Under the pieces are notes generated by a model. That model was given only the letters and a program-made list of their open reading frames with translations, was not told the origin of the DNA and did not search any database. Both the position numbers and the translations under genes were made by a program. Below are positions 30,062 through 39,449 of a DNA stretch of 64,000 bases, one piece after another; the first letter of the stretch is position 1, and every line of letters starts with the position of its first letter. Source of the stretch: an uncultured Chloroflexia bacterium (GTDB taxonomy: Bacteria > Chloroflexota > Limnocylindria > Limnocylindrales > CSP1-4); assembly GCA_963757865.1 (NCBI GenBank), contig CAVWSU010000013.1, positions 410,904-474,903 on the forward strand, read 5' to 3'.

Positions 30062-31309
30062 ATGAGCGGCCTCAGCATCCTCAGGGACAGCGATTACCTG
30101 TTCACCTCCGAGTCGGTCACGGAGGGCCATCCCGACAAGCTCTGCGACCAGGTGAGCGACGCGATCCTGGACGCGATCCTCCACGACGATCCCGAGTCGC
30201 GCGTGGCGTGCGAGACGGCGACCACCAACGGCGTCGTGTTCGTCCTCGGCGAGATCACCACGCGAACGTACGTCGAGTTCCAGACGATCGTGCGCGACAC
30301 GATCCGTGGGATCGGCTACACCGACGCGCGCTACGGGTTCGACTACCGGACGTGCGGGACGATGGTGTCGGTCCACGAGCAGTCGCCCGACATCAAGCGC
30401 GGCGTGGACGACGCGCTGGAGACCCGCGGGACGGGCGGCGACGTCCGGGACCAGGGTGCCGGCGACCAGGGCATGATGTTCGGGTTCGCGTGCCGCGAGA
30501 CGCCCGAGCTGATGCCGCTCCCCATCGCCCTCGCCCACCGGCTCGCGAAGCGCCTGGCGGACGTCCGGAAGGACGGCACGCTGCCGTACCTGCGGCCCGA
30601 CGGCAAGACGCAGGTCACCATCGAGTACGAGCGCGGCGTGCCGAAGGCGGTTCGCACGATCGTCGTCGCCGCGCAGCACGACGAGGAAGTCGCCACCGAG
30701 CGGCTCCGCGACGACATCATGGAGTGCGTGGTCTGCGAGATCGTGCCGCCGGAGCTGCGCCGGAGGGACCCGATCGTGCACGTCAACCCCACGGGCCGCT
30801 TCGTCGTCGGCGGACCGATGGGCGACGCGGGGCTCACCGGCCGCAAGATCATCGTGGACACCTACGGCGGGATGGCGCGCCACGGTGGGGGCGCGTTCAG
30901 CGGCAAGGATCCGTCGAAGGTCGACCGTTCCGCCGCGTACGCGGCGCGCTGGGTGGCCAAGAACATCGTTGCCGCCGGCATCGCGGACCGGTTCGAGCTC
31001 GAGCTGAGCTATGCCATCGGTGTCGCCCATCCCGTCTCGCTGTCGATCGAGACGTTCGGGACCGGCCGGATCCCGGACGAGCGGGTCGAGGAGCTGATCC
31101 GGGCGCATTTCGACCTGCGCCCGGCGGCGATCATCCAGCGGCTCGACCTGCGGCGCCCGATCTACCGCCAGGTGGCGGCCTACGGCCACTTCGGGCGGCC
31201 CGACCTGGACCTGCCGTGGGAGCGCACGGACGTCGCACAGGCGCTGGCCGACGATGCGGGCCTTTCCATGCCGGGGACGGCGCTCGCGGAAGCCGCCACC
31301 GAACGCTGA
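30062..31309 (+). CDS. metK: S-adenosylmethionine synthetase
   Basis: [55 protein letters not shown]. Confidence 0.98.
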   Translation: MSGLSILRDSDYLFTSESVTEGHPDKLCDQVSDAILDAILHDDPESRVACETATTNGVVFVLGEITTRTYVEFQTIVRDTIRGIGYTDARYGFDYRTCGTMVSVHEQSPDIKRGVDDALETRGTGGDVRDQGAGDQGMMFGFACRETPELMPLPIALAHRLAKRLADVRKDGTLPYLRPDGKTQVTIEYERGVPKAVRTIVVAAQHDEEVATERLRDDIMECVVCEIVPPELRRRDPIVHVNPTGRFVVGGPMGDAGLTGRKIIVDTYGGMARHGGGAFSGKDPSKVDRSAAYAARWVAKNIVAAGIADRFELELSYAIGVAHPVSLSIETFGTGRIPDERVEELIRAHFDLRPAAIIQRLDLRRPIYRQVAAYGHFGRPDLDLPWERTDVAQALADDAGLSMPGTALAEAATER

Positions 31310-31363
31310 GCGCCACGAGCCGGCAAGGGGGGCCGGCGGTACAGGCTTGACGGGGAGGTCCGC

Positions 31364-32554
31364 GTGTATGTCGTGATCCTGGCGGGAGGAGGCGGAACGC
31401 GTCTCTGGCCGCTCTCCCGGCAGGACCGGCCCAAGCCCTTCCTGCCGCTGATCGGAGACGAGACGCTCTTCCAGCGCACGGTGGAGCGCGTACGGCCCGT
31501 CGTTGGGCTCGACGGCGTCTACGTGGTCGCCGAGCGGCGACACCGCCGGCTCGTGCTGGACCAGGCGCCCTCTCTCGCGGAGGACCACGTGCTGGGCGAG
31601 CCGATGGGCCGGAACACGGCTCCGGCGATCGCGCTCGCGGCGCTGGCCATCGAGCGGCCCCTGGGCGAGACCATGGTCGTCCTGCCGGCCGACGCGTGGA
31701 TCTCCGACGACGAGGCATTCCGGGCGGCCTTGAGTGCCGTGGCGGACGGCGATGGCCTGGCGTCGGGGGCCCTGGACGTCGAGACGCCGCTGGTGACGCT
31801 CGGGGTCCGGCCCGACAGGCCGGAGACCGGCTACGGGTACCTCGTTCCGCGTCCCGGCAGCGCGGCGCCGGCGGGCCCGCTGACCGCGCACGTGCTCGAC
31901 GCCTTCGTCGAGAAACCCGACAACCGGCGGGCGCAGGAGCTCCTCGAGCTGCCGGGTGTCGCGTGGAACGCCGGCATGTTCGCCTGGCGCCGTCGCGCCA
32001 TTCTCGCGGCGCTCGAGCGATTCGCGCCCGACGTCCTCGACGGCGTCCGCCTTGCGCTCTTGGCCCCGGCACCGGATGGCGAGACGGGCGTGCTCGGGGG
32101 TCCCGAAGCCGCGCGGCGGTACTCGACGGTGCGCTCCGTGTCGATCGACTACGCGGTCATGGAGGACGCGGCGCGGGCGGGGATGGTGCTGATGGGAAGC
32201 CTCGACGCAGGCTGGAGCGACGTGGGGAGCTGGCGGGCGGTCCGGGAGCTCGCGGACGCGCTGGGCAACGGCACCGCGGACGAATCGGGCGAGGGTGCAT
32301 CGGGCACCTCCGAGGCGGCCGGAACCGCCGGGCCGTCCCGCACCTCGGCGACGGCCGGCACCGCCATCGACGTCGGCTCGAGAGACGTCCTCGTGCGTTC
32401 CCTCGGCGGCCGGCTCGTCGCGACCGTCGGGCTGTCGGATACCATCGTCATCGACACGCCGGACGCCCTCCTGGTCTGTGCCGCGGACCGCGCGCAGGAC
32501 GTGAAGACCATCGTCGAGCGCCTCAGGGAGGCAGGGGAGACAGAGCACCTGTGA
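31364..32554 (+). CDS. manC: Mannose-1-phosphate guanylyltransferase
   Basis: ILAGGGGTRLWPLSR..PKPF, EPMGRNTAPA, PETGYGY, FVEKP, WNAGMF, SIDYAVME, WSDVGSW. Confidence 0.93.
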   Translation: MYVVILAGGGGTRLWPLSRQDRPKPFLPLIGDETLFQRTVERVRPVVGLDGVYVVAERRHRRLVLDQAPSLAEDHVLGEPMGRNTAPAIALAALAIERPLGETMVVLPADAWISDDEAFRAALSAVADGDGLASGALDVETPLVTLGVRPDRPETGYGYLVPRPGSAAPAGPLTAHVLDAFVEKPDNRRAQELLELPGVAWNAGMFAWRRRAILAALERFAPDVLDGVRLALLAPAPDGETGVLGGPEAARRYSTVRSVSIDYAVMEDAARAGMVLMGSLDAGWSDVGSWRAVRELADALGNGTADESGEGASGTSEAAGTAGPSRTSATAGTAIDVGSRDVLVRSLGGRLVATVGLSDTIVIDTPDALLVCAADRAQDVKTIVERLREAGETEHL

Positions 32555-34029
32555 GCGAGCAGACGGTTCAACGGCCGCCGATCGTCTTCGGGACGGATGG
32601 GTGGCGCGCCCGCATCGCGGACGAGTACACCTACGAGAACGTGCGGCGGTGCGCCGAGGGCGTCGCTCGCTACGTCACGGAGCAGGGGACGGCCGCGAAG
32701 GGCGTCATGGTCGGGTACGACCGGCGCTTCGCGAGCGAGTACTTCGCCCAGGCGGCCGCGGAAGTGCTGCTGGCCTTCGACGTCCCGGTCCTGTTCGCCG
32801 CCATGCCGATCCCCACCCAGATGACCTCGTACGAGGTCGTGGCCCGGGGGACCGCGACGGCGATCATGATCACCGCCTCGCACAACCCCTGGACCGACAA
32901 CGGCTTCAAGGTCAAGTCCCCGTCGGGTTCCGCCGCGGGCCCGGAGATCCTCGCGGTGCTGGAGAAGACGATCTCGGAGCACGCCGGGAAGGAGCCGCCG
33001 CGGCGGCCGTTCGCCGACGCCGAGGCCGCCGGGCTCGTCGAGCGGGTGGACCCGTTCGACGGCTACCGGGACTACGTCGCGCGCACCCTCGACCTCGAGC
33101 GGCTCCGTGCCGCGGACGTGAGCGTGCTCGTGGAGCCGATGTACGGGTCGGGCGCGGGCTGGATCCCGCGGCTCCTCGAGGGAGGCAGGATCCGCGTCCA
33201 CGAGATCCACTCGGAGCGCAACCCGTACTTCGGGGGCATCAACCCCGAGCCCATCCGCCCCAACATCGACGAGGCACTCGGGATTCTCGCGGGTGGCGGC
33301 TACGATCTCGGGCTCCTGCTCGACGGCGACGCGGACCGGGCCGGTGCGGCCGACGAGCGCGGGACCTTCATCCACCAGCTGCAGGTCATGGGCCTGCTCA
33401 TGTACTACATGCTCGAGCACCGCGGGCTGCGCGAGCCGGTCGTCTACACGGTCAACGAGACGTCCATGGTCGAGCGGCTCGGGGAGCGCTACGGCGTGGC
33501 CACCCACGAGACCTCTGTCGGGTTCAAGTACGTCGGCCCGAAGATGATCGAGACCGGCGCGATGATGGGCGGCGAGGAATCGGGCGGCTACGGTTTCGGC
33601 ATGCACCTCCCCGAGCGGGATGGGATCTACGCCGACCTGATGCTGCTCGACCTGTTCCTCCGCGAACGCGAGCAGGGTCGCTGGCCGGCATCGAAGGCGG
33701 TCGCGCACCTGCACGAGATCGCCGGTCCGTCGTACTACCTGCGCGTCGACGTGCACCTGGACCGGGCGACATACCCCGGGGTCAAGGATCGCCTGTGGAG
33801 CGAGCTGTCCGCGCAGCCGCCGGAGAGCATCGGCGGGGATCCGATCGTGCGCAGCGTCACCCTGAGCACGAACGACGGTTTCAAGTGGTGGACCCGGGAC
33901 GGTTCGTGGCTCCTGGTGCGGTTCAGCGGCACCGAGCCGCTCGTGCGGGTCTACGTCGAGGCGACGTCCGCCGACAGGCGCGACGCGATGCTCGAGGCGG
34001 GCGAGCGGCTCGTCCGCGGGACGGCGTAG
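32551..34029 (+). CDS. manB: Phosphomannomutase/phosphoglucomutase
   Basis: FGTDGWR, ITASHNP, DGDADR, GFKY, GGEESGG, RFSGTEPLVRVYVE. Confidence 0.93.
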   Translation: MSEQTVQRPPIVFGTDGWRARIADEYTYENVRRCAEGVARYVTEQGTAAKGVMVGYDRRFASEYFAQAAAEVLLAFDVPVLFAAMPIPTQMTSYEVVARGTATAIMITASHNPWTDNGFKVKSPSGSAAGPEILAVLEKTISEHAGKEPPRRPFADAEAAGLVERVDPFDGYRDYVARTLDLERLRAADVSVLVEPMYGSGAGWIPRLLEGGRIRVHEIHSERNPYFGGINPEPIRPNIDEALGILAGGGYDLGLLLDGDADRAGAADERGTFIHQLQVMGLLMYYMLEHRGLREPVVYTVNETSMVERLGERYGVATHETSVGFKYVGPKMIETGAMMGGEESGGYGFGMHLPERDGIYADLMLLDLFLREREQGRWPASKAVAHLHEIAGPSYYLRVDVHLDRATYPGVKDRLWSELSAQPPESIGGDPIVRSVTLSTNDGFKWWTRDGSWLLVRFSGTEPLVRVYVEATSADRRDAMLEAGERLVRGTA

Positions 34030-34042
34030 GGAGCGCCGCGAC

Positions 34043-35125
34043 ATGGGTGGAGTCCTCGACGATGCCACCGCGATCGCCCGCTACGACAGCGCGGGCATGC
34101 TGGGCGCGATCCCGCGTCTCGCCGACCAGCTGACGGACGGGTGGGCGCGTTCGCGTTCGCTGGATCTGCCGCCATCCCACCGCAATCCTCCCGCGGTCGT
34201 CGTCCTCGGCATGGGGGGGTCCGCGATCGGCGCGGACCTGGTGCGGGCGATCTACTCCGACCGCCTGCGCGTGCCCCTCGTCACGGTGCGCGACTACGAG
34301 CTGCCGGACTTCGTGCGGCCGCCGACCCTCGTCGTGGCGGCCTCGCACAGCGGGGCGACGGAGGAAACGCTGAGCGCCGTCGGACAGGCGATCTCCCGAG
34401 GCTGCCCGGTCGCCGTGATCAGCACGGGCGGGCCCCTGCTCGCGGCGGCGCGCAAGGGCGGGCTTCCGTTCCTCGACTACGTCGGCGAGTCGCAACCGCG
34501 AGCATCCGTGGGATCGGGCCTGGCGTTGCTTGCCGGCCTGCTCGAACGGGCGGGCTGCCTGGACGCGGACGAGCAGGAGTTCGCCGGTGCGGCCGAGGCC
34601 GTGCGCGAGATGGCCGTCCGCTGCGAGCCCTCGATCGGGACGGAATCGAACCCTGCCAAGCAGCTGGCGTGGTCCCTCGTGGACCGGCTGCCGGTGATCG
34701 AGGCCGGCGGCTTCCTCGGACCGGTGGCGCGCCGCTGGAAGACGCAGCTCAACGAGAACGGCAAGACGACCGCCTGCTGGGAGGAGCTTCCGGAGGCGAC
34801 CCACAACGCGGTGGTCGGCTACGAGCAACCCGAATCGCTTCACGAGCGGACGTTCGTCGTGCTGCTCGCGAGCCCCGACGATCACCCCCGGGTGGCGCTG
34901 CGGCGCAGCCTCTCGGTCGAGCTCCTGGCGGAGCGCCAGGTCAGCCACGAGGTGGTGGCCGTGGGCGGACACGGGAGACTCGCGCAGGCCGCGTCGGCCA
35001 TCACGCTCGGGGATTTCGTCAGCGCGTATCTCGGCATCCTGTACGGGCTCGATCCCACGCCGGTGGCGGCGATCTCCTATGTCAAGGAGCGCCTGGCGAT
35101 GGCCGATCCGGACATGGTGGAGTGA
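34043..35125 (+). CDS. Bifunctional phosphoglucose/phosphomannose isomerase (SIS family)
   Basis: LGMGGSAIG, SHSGATEET, NPAKQLA, RWKTQLNENGK, LPEATHN. Confidence 0.92.
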   Translation: MGGVLDDATAIARYDSAGMLGAIPRLADQLTDGWARSRSLDLPPSHRNPPAVVVLGMGGSAIGADLVRAIYSDRLRVPLVTVRDYELPDFVRPPTLVVAASHSGATEETLSAVGQAISRGCPVAVISTGGPLLAAARKGGLPFLDYVGESQPRASVGSGLALLAGLLERAGCLDADEQEFAGAAEAVREMAVRCEPSIGTESNPAKQLAWSLVDRLPVIEAGGFLGPVARRWKTQLNENGKTTACWEELPEATHNAVVGYEQPESLHERTFVVLLASPDDHPRVALRRSLSVELLAERQVSHEVVAVGGHGRLAQAASAITLGDFVSAYLGILYGLDPTPVAAISYVKERLAMADPDMVE

Positions 35126-35267
35126 GTCGTCCGGCCCGTATCCCTCTTGGTCGCGAGGTGTAGTCTGCACCCATAGCTGGTCGGCGACGGCCGCCCGGAC
35201 GAGCGGTTGACCGGCCGATGAGACGGGCTCGCGGACGCCGTCCGCGGTCCCCGGAGGTGCGGCCCAG

Positions 35268-35543
35268 ATGCATTCCACCCTCATCGGCAAGATCGAGAAG
35301 GCGAACCGGTACGCGCACGAGACGGACCGTGTCACGTTCCGCTCTCTCTCCCTGACGTTCCGGGGTGATAACGACACGCATGTCGTGTCGCTCAATTCCG
35401 ATGGGTGGCATTGCTCGTGCCACTTCTTTGACAACTGGAAGAGCTGCGTCCACGTGCTGACGCTCCAGAAAGTCCTCGGGGACATGCTCCCCGAGGAGGC
35501 GCAGACGTCCATCTTCGCGGCGGTCGAGGCAGCAGCCGTCTGA
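35268..35543 (+). CDS. Small hypothetical protein with SWIM-like zinc finger
   Basis: GGAGG RBS. CSC-x8-CVH (CxC...CxH) motif. Confidence 0.82.
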   Translation: MHSTLIGKIEKANRYAHETDRVTFRSLSLTFRGDNDTHVVSLNSDGWHCSCHFFDNWKSCVHVLTLQKVLGDMLPEEAQTSIFAAVEAAAV

Positions 35544-35591
35544 GCCGCGACCAATCCCGACGCCGCCGCGCGGCGCCTTCACGGCACGAAA

Positions 35592-35622
35592 CGAGCCGGC
35601 CCGGACTTCCCGGGCCGGCTCG
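35592..35622. terminator. 13-bp stem hairpin between convergent genes
   Basis: cgagccggcccgg-acttc-ccgggccggctcg, with a short T run following on the minus strand. Confidence 0.7.
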
Positions 35623-35698
35623 CTGTCATCGCGGGGCCATCGGCGCGCACATGCGCAGCCGGTCGATCCCGTGGGGGGATCCCCTGGGGGGACCGGCG

Positions 35699-36615
35699 TC
35701 AGGCCGTCTGCGTGCCTCCGAGCAGCGATCCGTCCGTGGCGCTGATCCAGAGCACCTCCAGGTGCGGTTCGTCGCCTTCGATGGCGATGAAGCTGGACGT
35801 CACCTCGTAGGCAAGCCTGAGCACGGGCTCGGGCGCATCCGACTTGGACGGATCCAGGAAGTTGTTGGCTCGGACCCAGAGGAGCACGGGATCGGTCTGG
35901 GTGAACTGGGGCTTCGCGGTCCACCCGTGCCCTGCGGCGTACGACTTCGCGATGGAAGCTGCACGGCCGGCGGGAATCGGTTTCGCGGGGGCAGGCGCCG
36001 ACGGCGTCACGGTCGCGCTGAGGGCCTTGAACCGGCCACCCGGCGTGACGTCGATGATCACGCCGTCACCAAGGGCCCTGTGGCCGTCGATGAGGCGATC
36101 CCACGTCACCGTCCACGTCCCGACGCCGTCGTCCCAGCGGACTTTGGGCGCCTCCGACGGCAGGGGCAGGCCGAGCACCTGGGCGAACTCGCGGGCGCGG
36201 CCGGGTGCCGTGTCCTCGGTGTAGGTGGCGGGCTCGGATGGGTCGGGTGGACCGAGGCGCACGATCATCATTGGGCTGGTTGTGTCCGGGTGCGAGGCGC
36301 ATGTCGGCCTTGTCGCCGGCCGCCGACACGAACTCGACGAGGTCGTAGTCGACGCTGTCCATCAGGTCCCGCTCGCGCCGGACGGTCGACGGGTTGCCGG
36401 GGATGTCCAAGCGCTCGGGCCATCGCCACGGCTCGTGCGCTGGCCGCTTGAGCCTGTCCGTTCGACTGCGGGAGGGCCGTCCAGAGCGGGTCCTGCACGC
36501 TCCAGCCACGGTCCTTCGCCGAAGCGCCGTTGCACGCGGCCAGCAGCAGGGCCGCGACGGCGAAGGCCAGTAATGCGCCTGCCGTTCGCGCGGATCGCGC
36601 GGAGATCGTCTTCAC
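35699..36615 (-). CDS. Putative lipoprotein, split by two apparent +1 frameshifts (about 36417 and 36288)
   Basis: AGGAGA RBS and signal peptide with lipobox LLAAC. Protein-like sequence continues through three frames (ORFs 36268-36615, 36066-36509, 35699-36271). Confidence 0.65.
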
Positions 36616-36625
36616 GTCCGTCTCC

Positions 36626-37389
36626 TCAGCGGCAGGTGTAGCAGGGGGCCGGAGGGAACGGGACGCCGGAGTAGGTGTAGCTGCCCCACCAGGTCGGGAA
36701 GGTGCCCTCGGGCACGGTACGTCGCTCGCAGCGCGAGATCATACGCATCGCCGAGGTTGTGTCCCGTCGTGGCCCACTGCCAGAACGACGTCTCGAAGTT
36801 GAGCATCTCGTTCGTGTACGCGACGCCGGCGTACCCGAGGAAGAAGCGGCGGCCCTGGTAGTTCGCGCCTGTGGGCGTGCTGCGCACCTTGTCGATCCCG
36901 AAGGCGAGGGGGAAGTCCGACGCCGTTTCGCCGAGGTGGCACGTGGACGCCACCACGAGGTTTGCGGACTTGACGTACGTGGAGACCGTCCGGAGCGGTT
37001 TGATCTGGTTCGAGGTCACGATGGGCTGGTTGCAGACGCCGCCGTCCGCGCGGAACCCCCAGCCCGTGGTAGTAGTGGTCGCCGTGGCTGTGCACGTAGA
37101 ACGCCTGGTCGTTCGCCACCCGTGACAGGACCGTCGACGAGGTGAAACCCGTGGCTTCGTACGACGACGGCGTGTAGGCGAGGTAGCGGAAGGCGTTGAC
37201 CGCCATCGCGCGCATCTGCTGCGGGATCGTGCTGGTCGACCCGATGCAGGACGTGAATGCCGTCTTGTTGTCGTAGACGCTGGCCTGGTACGCGGCGGCG
37301 ACCGGCCCGGCGGTCATCGCGGCCGCGATGTTCACGGTGAGGCAGAGCAGCGCGAGCCTCCGCCACCCGAGACCTCCATCCTGGTGCAT
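36626..37389 (-). CDS. Secreted protein with possible caspase/gingipain-like His-Gly...Cys dyad, split by two apparent +1 frameshifts (about 37065 and 36717)
   Basis: GGAGG RBS and signal peptide (RRLALLCLTVNIAAAMTAGPVAA). FYVHSHGD in the first frame, LVVASTCH and FLGY in the second, WWGSYTYSG..CYTCR-stop in the third. Confidence 0.65.
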
Positions 37390-37604
37390 CGGTACCTCCT
37401 CCGGCGGATCCGCGGCGGGAGGAGGCGGGCGTCGGCAAGTGTGCCGCGGCCCGCTCAACTGCGACTTATCGGCGGTGCAGATGCAGGCTCGGGTGCACTC
37501 GATGGCACGAGCCGGTCGGGGAGCGGGCGCCACGGAGTCACCGGGCGCGCGTGCAGGCCGGGACGCGGTCCGGGAGCGGCCGCCGCGCACGCCACCTCGT
37601 CGCG

Positions 37605-38540
37605 CTACGCGGGATCGAGCTTCTCCAGCAGGTACGACGCGACCTCGTTGCGCATCGCCTCGCCCGCGACGTACCGGCGCAGCTGATCGGCGGCGAGGCG
37701 GATGGCGCGCTTCTCGGCGGCGGCCGTGTCTCCCCCGACGTGCGGCGTGATCAGGGCGCCGGGCATCCGCCACAGCGGGTCGTCCGGGGGGAGGGGTTCG
37801 GGGTCAACGACGTCGAGCGCGGCGCGCAAACGGCCGGCGCCGACCTCGTCGCGGAGGGCCGCGGTGTCGATCACCCGACCACGCCCGGCGTTCACGACCA
37901 GTGCGCCGGGAGGCAGCAGCCCAAGCCGCCGCCGGTCGAGCAGGCGGACCGTCGTCCTGGCCAGCGGGAGCAGCACCACGAGCACCCCCGTCGAGGGCAG
38001 GATCCCATCCAGGTCGTCGATGCCGAGCACGCCCGGCCGTGCGGTCCGCCCCACGCGGGAGATCCGGGCACCGAACGGCGCCAGGCGATCCTCCACGGCC
38101 CGTCCGATCGAGCCGTACCCGAGGATCACCACGTGCCTGTCGAGCAGCTCCTCGGGCTCGAACTCCTCCCACGCGCCCCGCCCCTGCGCGGCTTCGGCGC
38201 CCGGGAAGCCCCGCAGCACCGCGAGGATCGCCGCGAGCGTCCACTCGGCGAGGGGCGTGTCGTACACGCCGGCGGCGTTGTGCACGCGGACGCCGTCGGG
38301 TACGTGCCCTGCCAGCCAGTCGACGCCCGCACTCAGCGTCTGGATCACGCGGAGGCGCGGCATCCTCGGGAGCAGGCCGAGGGACGCGCGCCCCGGCGGC
38401 ACCAGGAACTCGATGCGCGCCAGCTGGCCATCGCTCACCGTCGCCGGATCGACCGGGACGGCGTCGGCCCCCGGCGGAAGGGGATCCAGCCCGTCCAGGG
38501 GCAGCGATGCCGGGAAGCCGGCGACGACATGGTCGGGCAC
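37605..38540 (-). CDS. D-isomer-specific 2-hydroxyacid dehydrogenase
   Basis: SAGVDW, LGYGSIG, VNAGRG, AALDV..PEPLP, ITPHVGG. Confidence 0.92.
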   Translation of the reverse strand: MPDHVVAGFPASLPLDGLDPLPPGADAVPVDPATVSDGQLARIEFLVPPGRASLGLLPRMPRLRVIQTLSAGVDWLAGHVPDGVRVHNAAGVYDTPLAEWTLAAILAVLRGFPGAEAAQGRGAWEEFEPEELLDRHVVILGYGSIGRAVEDRLAPFGARISRVGRTARPGVLGIDDLDGILPSTGVLVVLLPLARTTVRLLDRRRLGLLPPGALVVNAGRGRVIDTAALRDEVGAGRLRAALDVVDPEPLPPDDPLWRMPGALITPHVGGDTAAAEKRAIRLAADQLRRYVAGEAMRNEVASYLLEKLDPA

Positions 38541-38660
38541 AGGCCGATGATGGCATGCCCCGCCCGTCGGCGCCTTGCAGGGCGGCCCGCGGCCGCCCTC
38601 GGCCATTCGGCGCCCGCCGCCACTCGGCCTGCATCGCAGGGGCCACACGACACGTCCCGG

Positions 38661-38694
38661 TGCTATCCTCCCGCCTACCAAACGTTCGTTTGGT
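38661..38694 (+). promoter_or_regulatory. Extended -10 promoter and palindromic TetR operator
   Basis: TGcTATCCT at 38661-38669, followed by ACCAAACG-TT-CGTTTGGT at 38677-38694, just upstream of the tetR-fad operon. Confidence 0.75.
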
Positions 38695-38738
38695 CCGACC
38701 GGCGCGTGGCACCGCCGGCAGCGTGAGGAAGACCCGAC

Positions 38739-39449
38739 GTGCCACGGTCCCCTCGACCAGCGGGCTCCGGCCCGCACCCGGCGGCATCCGCTGCATCCCG
38801 ATTGCCGGCTGCTTCCCGACCGCCGGCGGCACCCGCGGCCGGTCCCGCGCGTCCTCGCGAGGAGCAGCTGCGTCGCGCGGCCGTGCGGCTGTTCCGGGAG
38901 CACGGCTACGACGGGACGTCGATGCAGGACCTGGGCGAGGCGCTCGGCATGCACCGCGGCAGCCTGTACCACTACATCGACTCGAAGGAGGACCTGCTCT
39001 TCGGGATCGTGGAGTCGGCCATGGCGCGCTTCCACGAGGAGGTCCGGCCCATCCTCGAGGGAGACGGTCCCGCGAGCGAACGCCTCGAGCGGGCGGTGGC
39101 TGCCCACCTCCGGATCGCCGCCGACGAGCCCGACGATCTCACGCTGCTGCAGGTCGAGGTGAAGGCGCTGGCGCCGGATCGGCGCGTCCGCATCGTGGCC
39201 GAGCGGGACGCGTACGAGCACGCCTGGCGCGCGTTCATCCGGGAGGGCATGCGCGATGGCGCCTTCGCCTGCGAGGACGAGCGGACGGCCGGGTTCATGA
39301 TCCTGGCGTCCTGCAACTGGTTCAGCCAGTGGTACCGGCCCGAGGGACCGCTCGGCGTCGACGACTTTGCCGCGCGGTTCAGCGCGCTCTTCCTCGACGC
39401 GCTCCGCGCCACGCCGTCGACGCGTCGCACGGCAGGAGGCCTGAGATGA
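38739..39449 (+). CDS. TetR-family regulator (PaaR/KstR2-like, probably acyl-CoA responsive)
   Basis: LFREHGYDGTSMQDLGEALGM..GSLYHY..SKEDLL HTH. C-terminal NWFSQWYRPEG. Confidence 0.9.
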   Translation: MPRSPRPAGSGPHPAASAASRLPAASRPPAAPAAGPARPREEQLRRAAVRLFREHGYDGTSMQDLGEALGMHRGSLYHYIDSKEDLLFGIVESAMARFHEEVRPILEGDGPASERLERAVAAHLRIAADEPDDLTLLQVEVKALAPDRRVRIVAERDAYEHAWRAFIREGMRDGAFACEDERTAGFMILASCNWFSQWYRPEGPLGVDDFAARFSALFLDALRATPSTRRTAGGLR

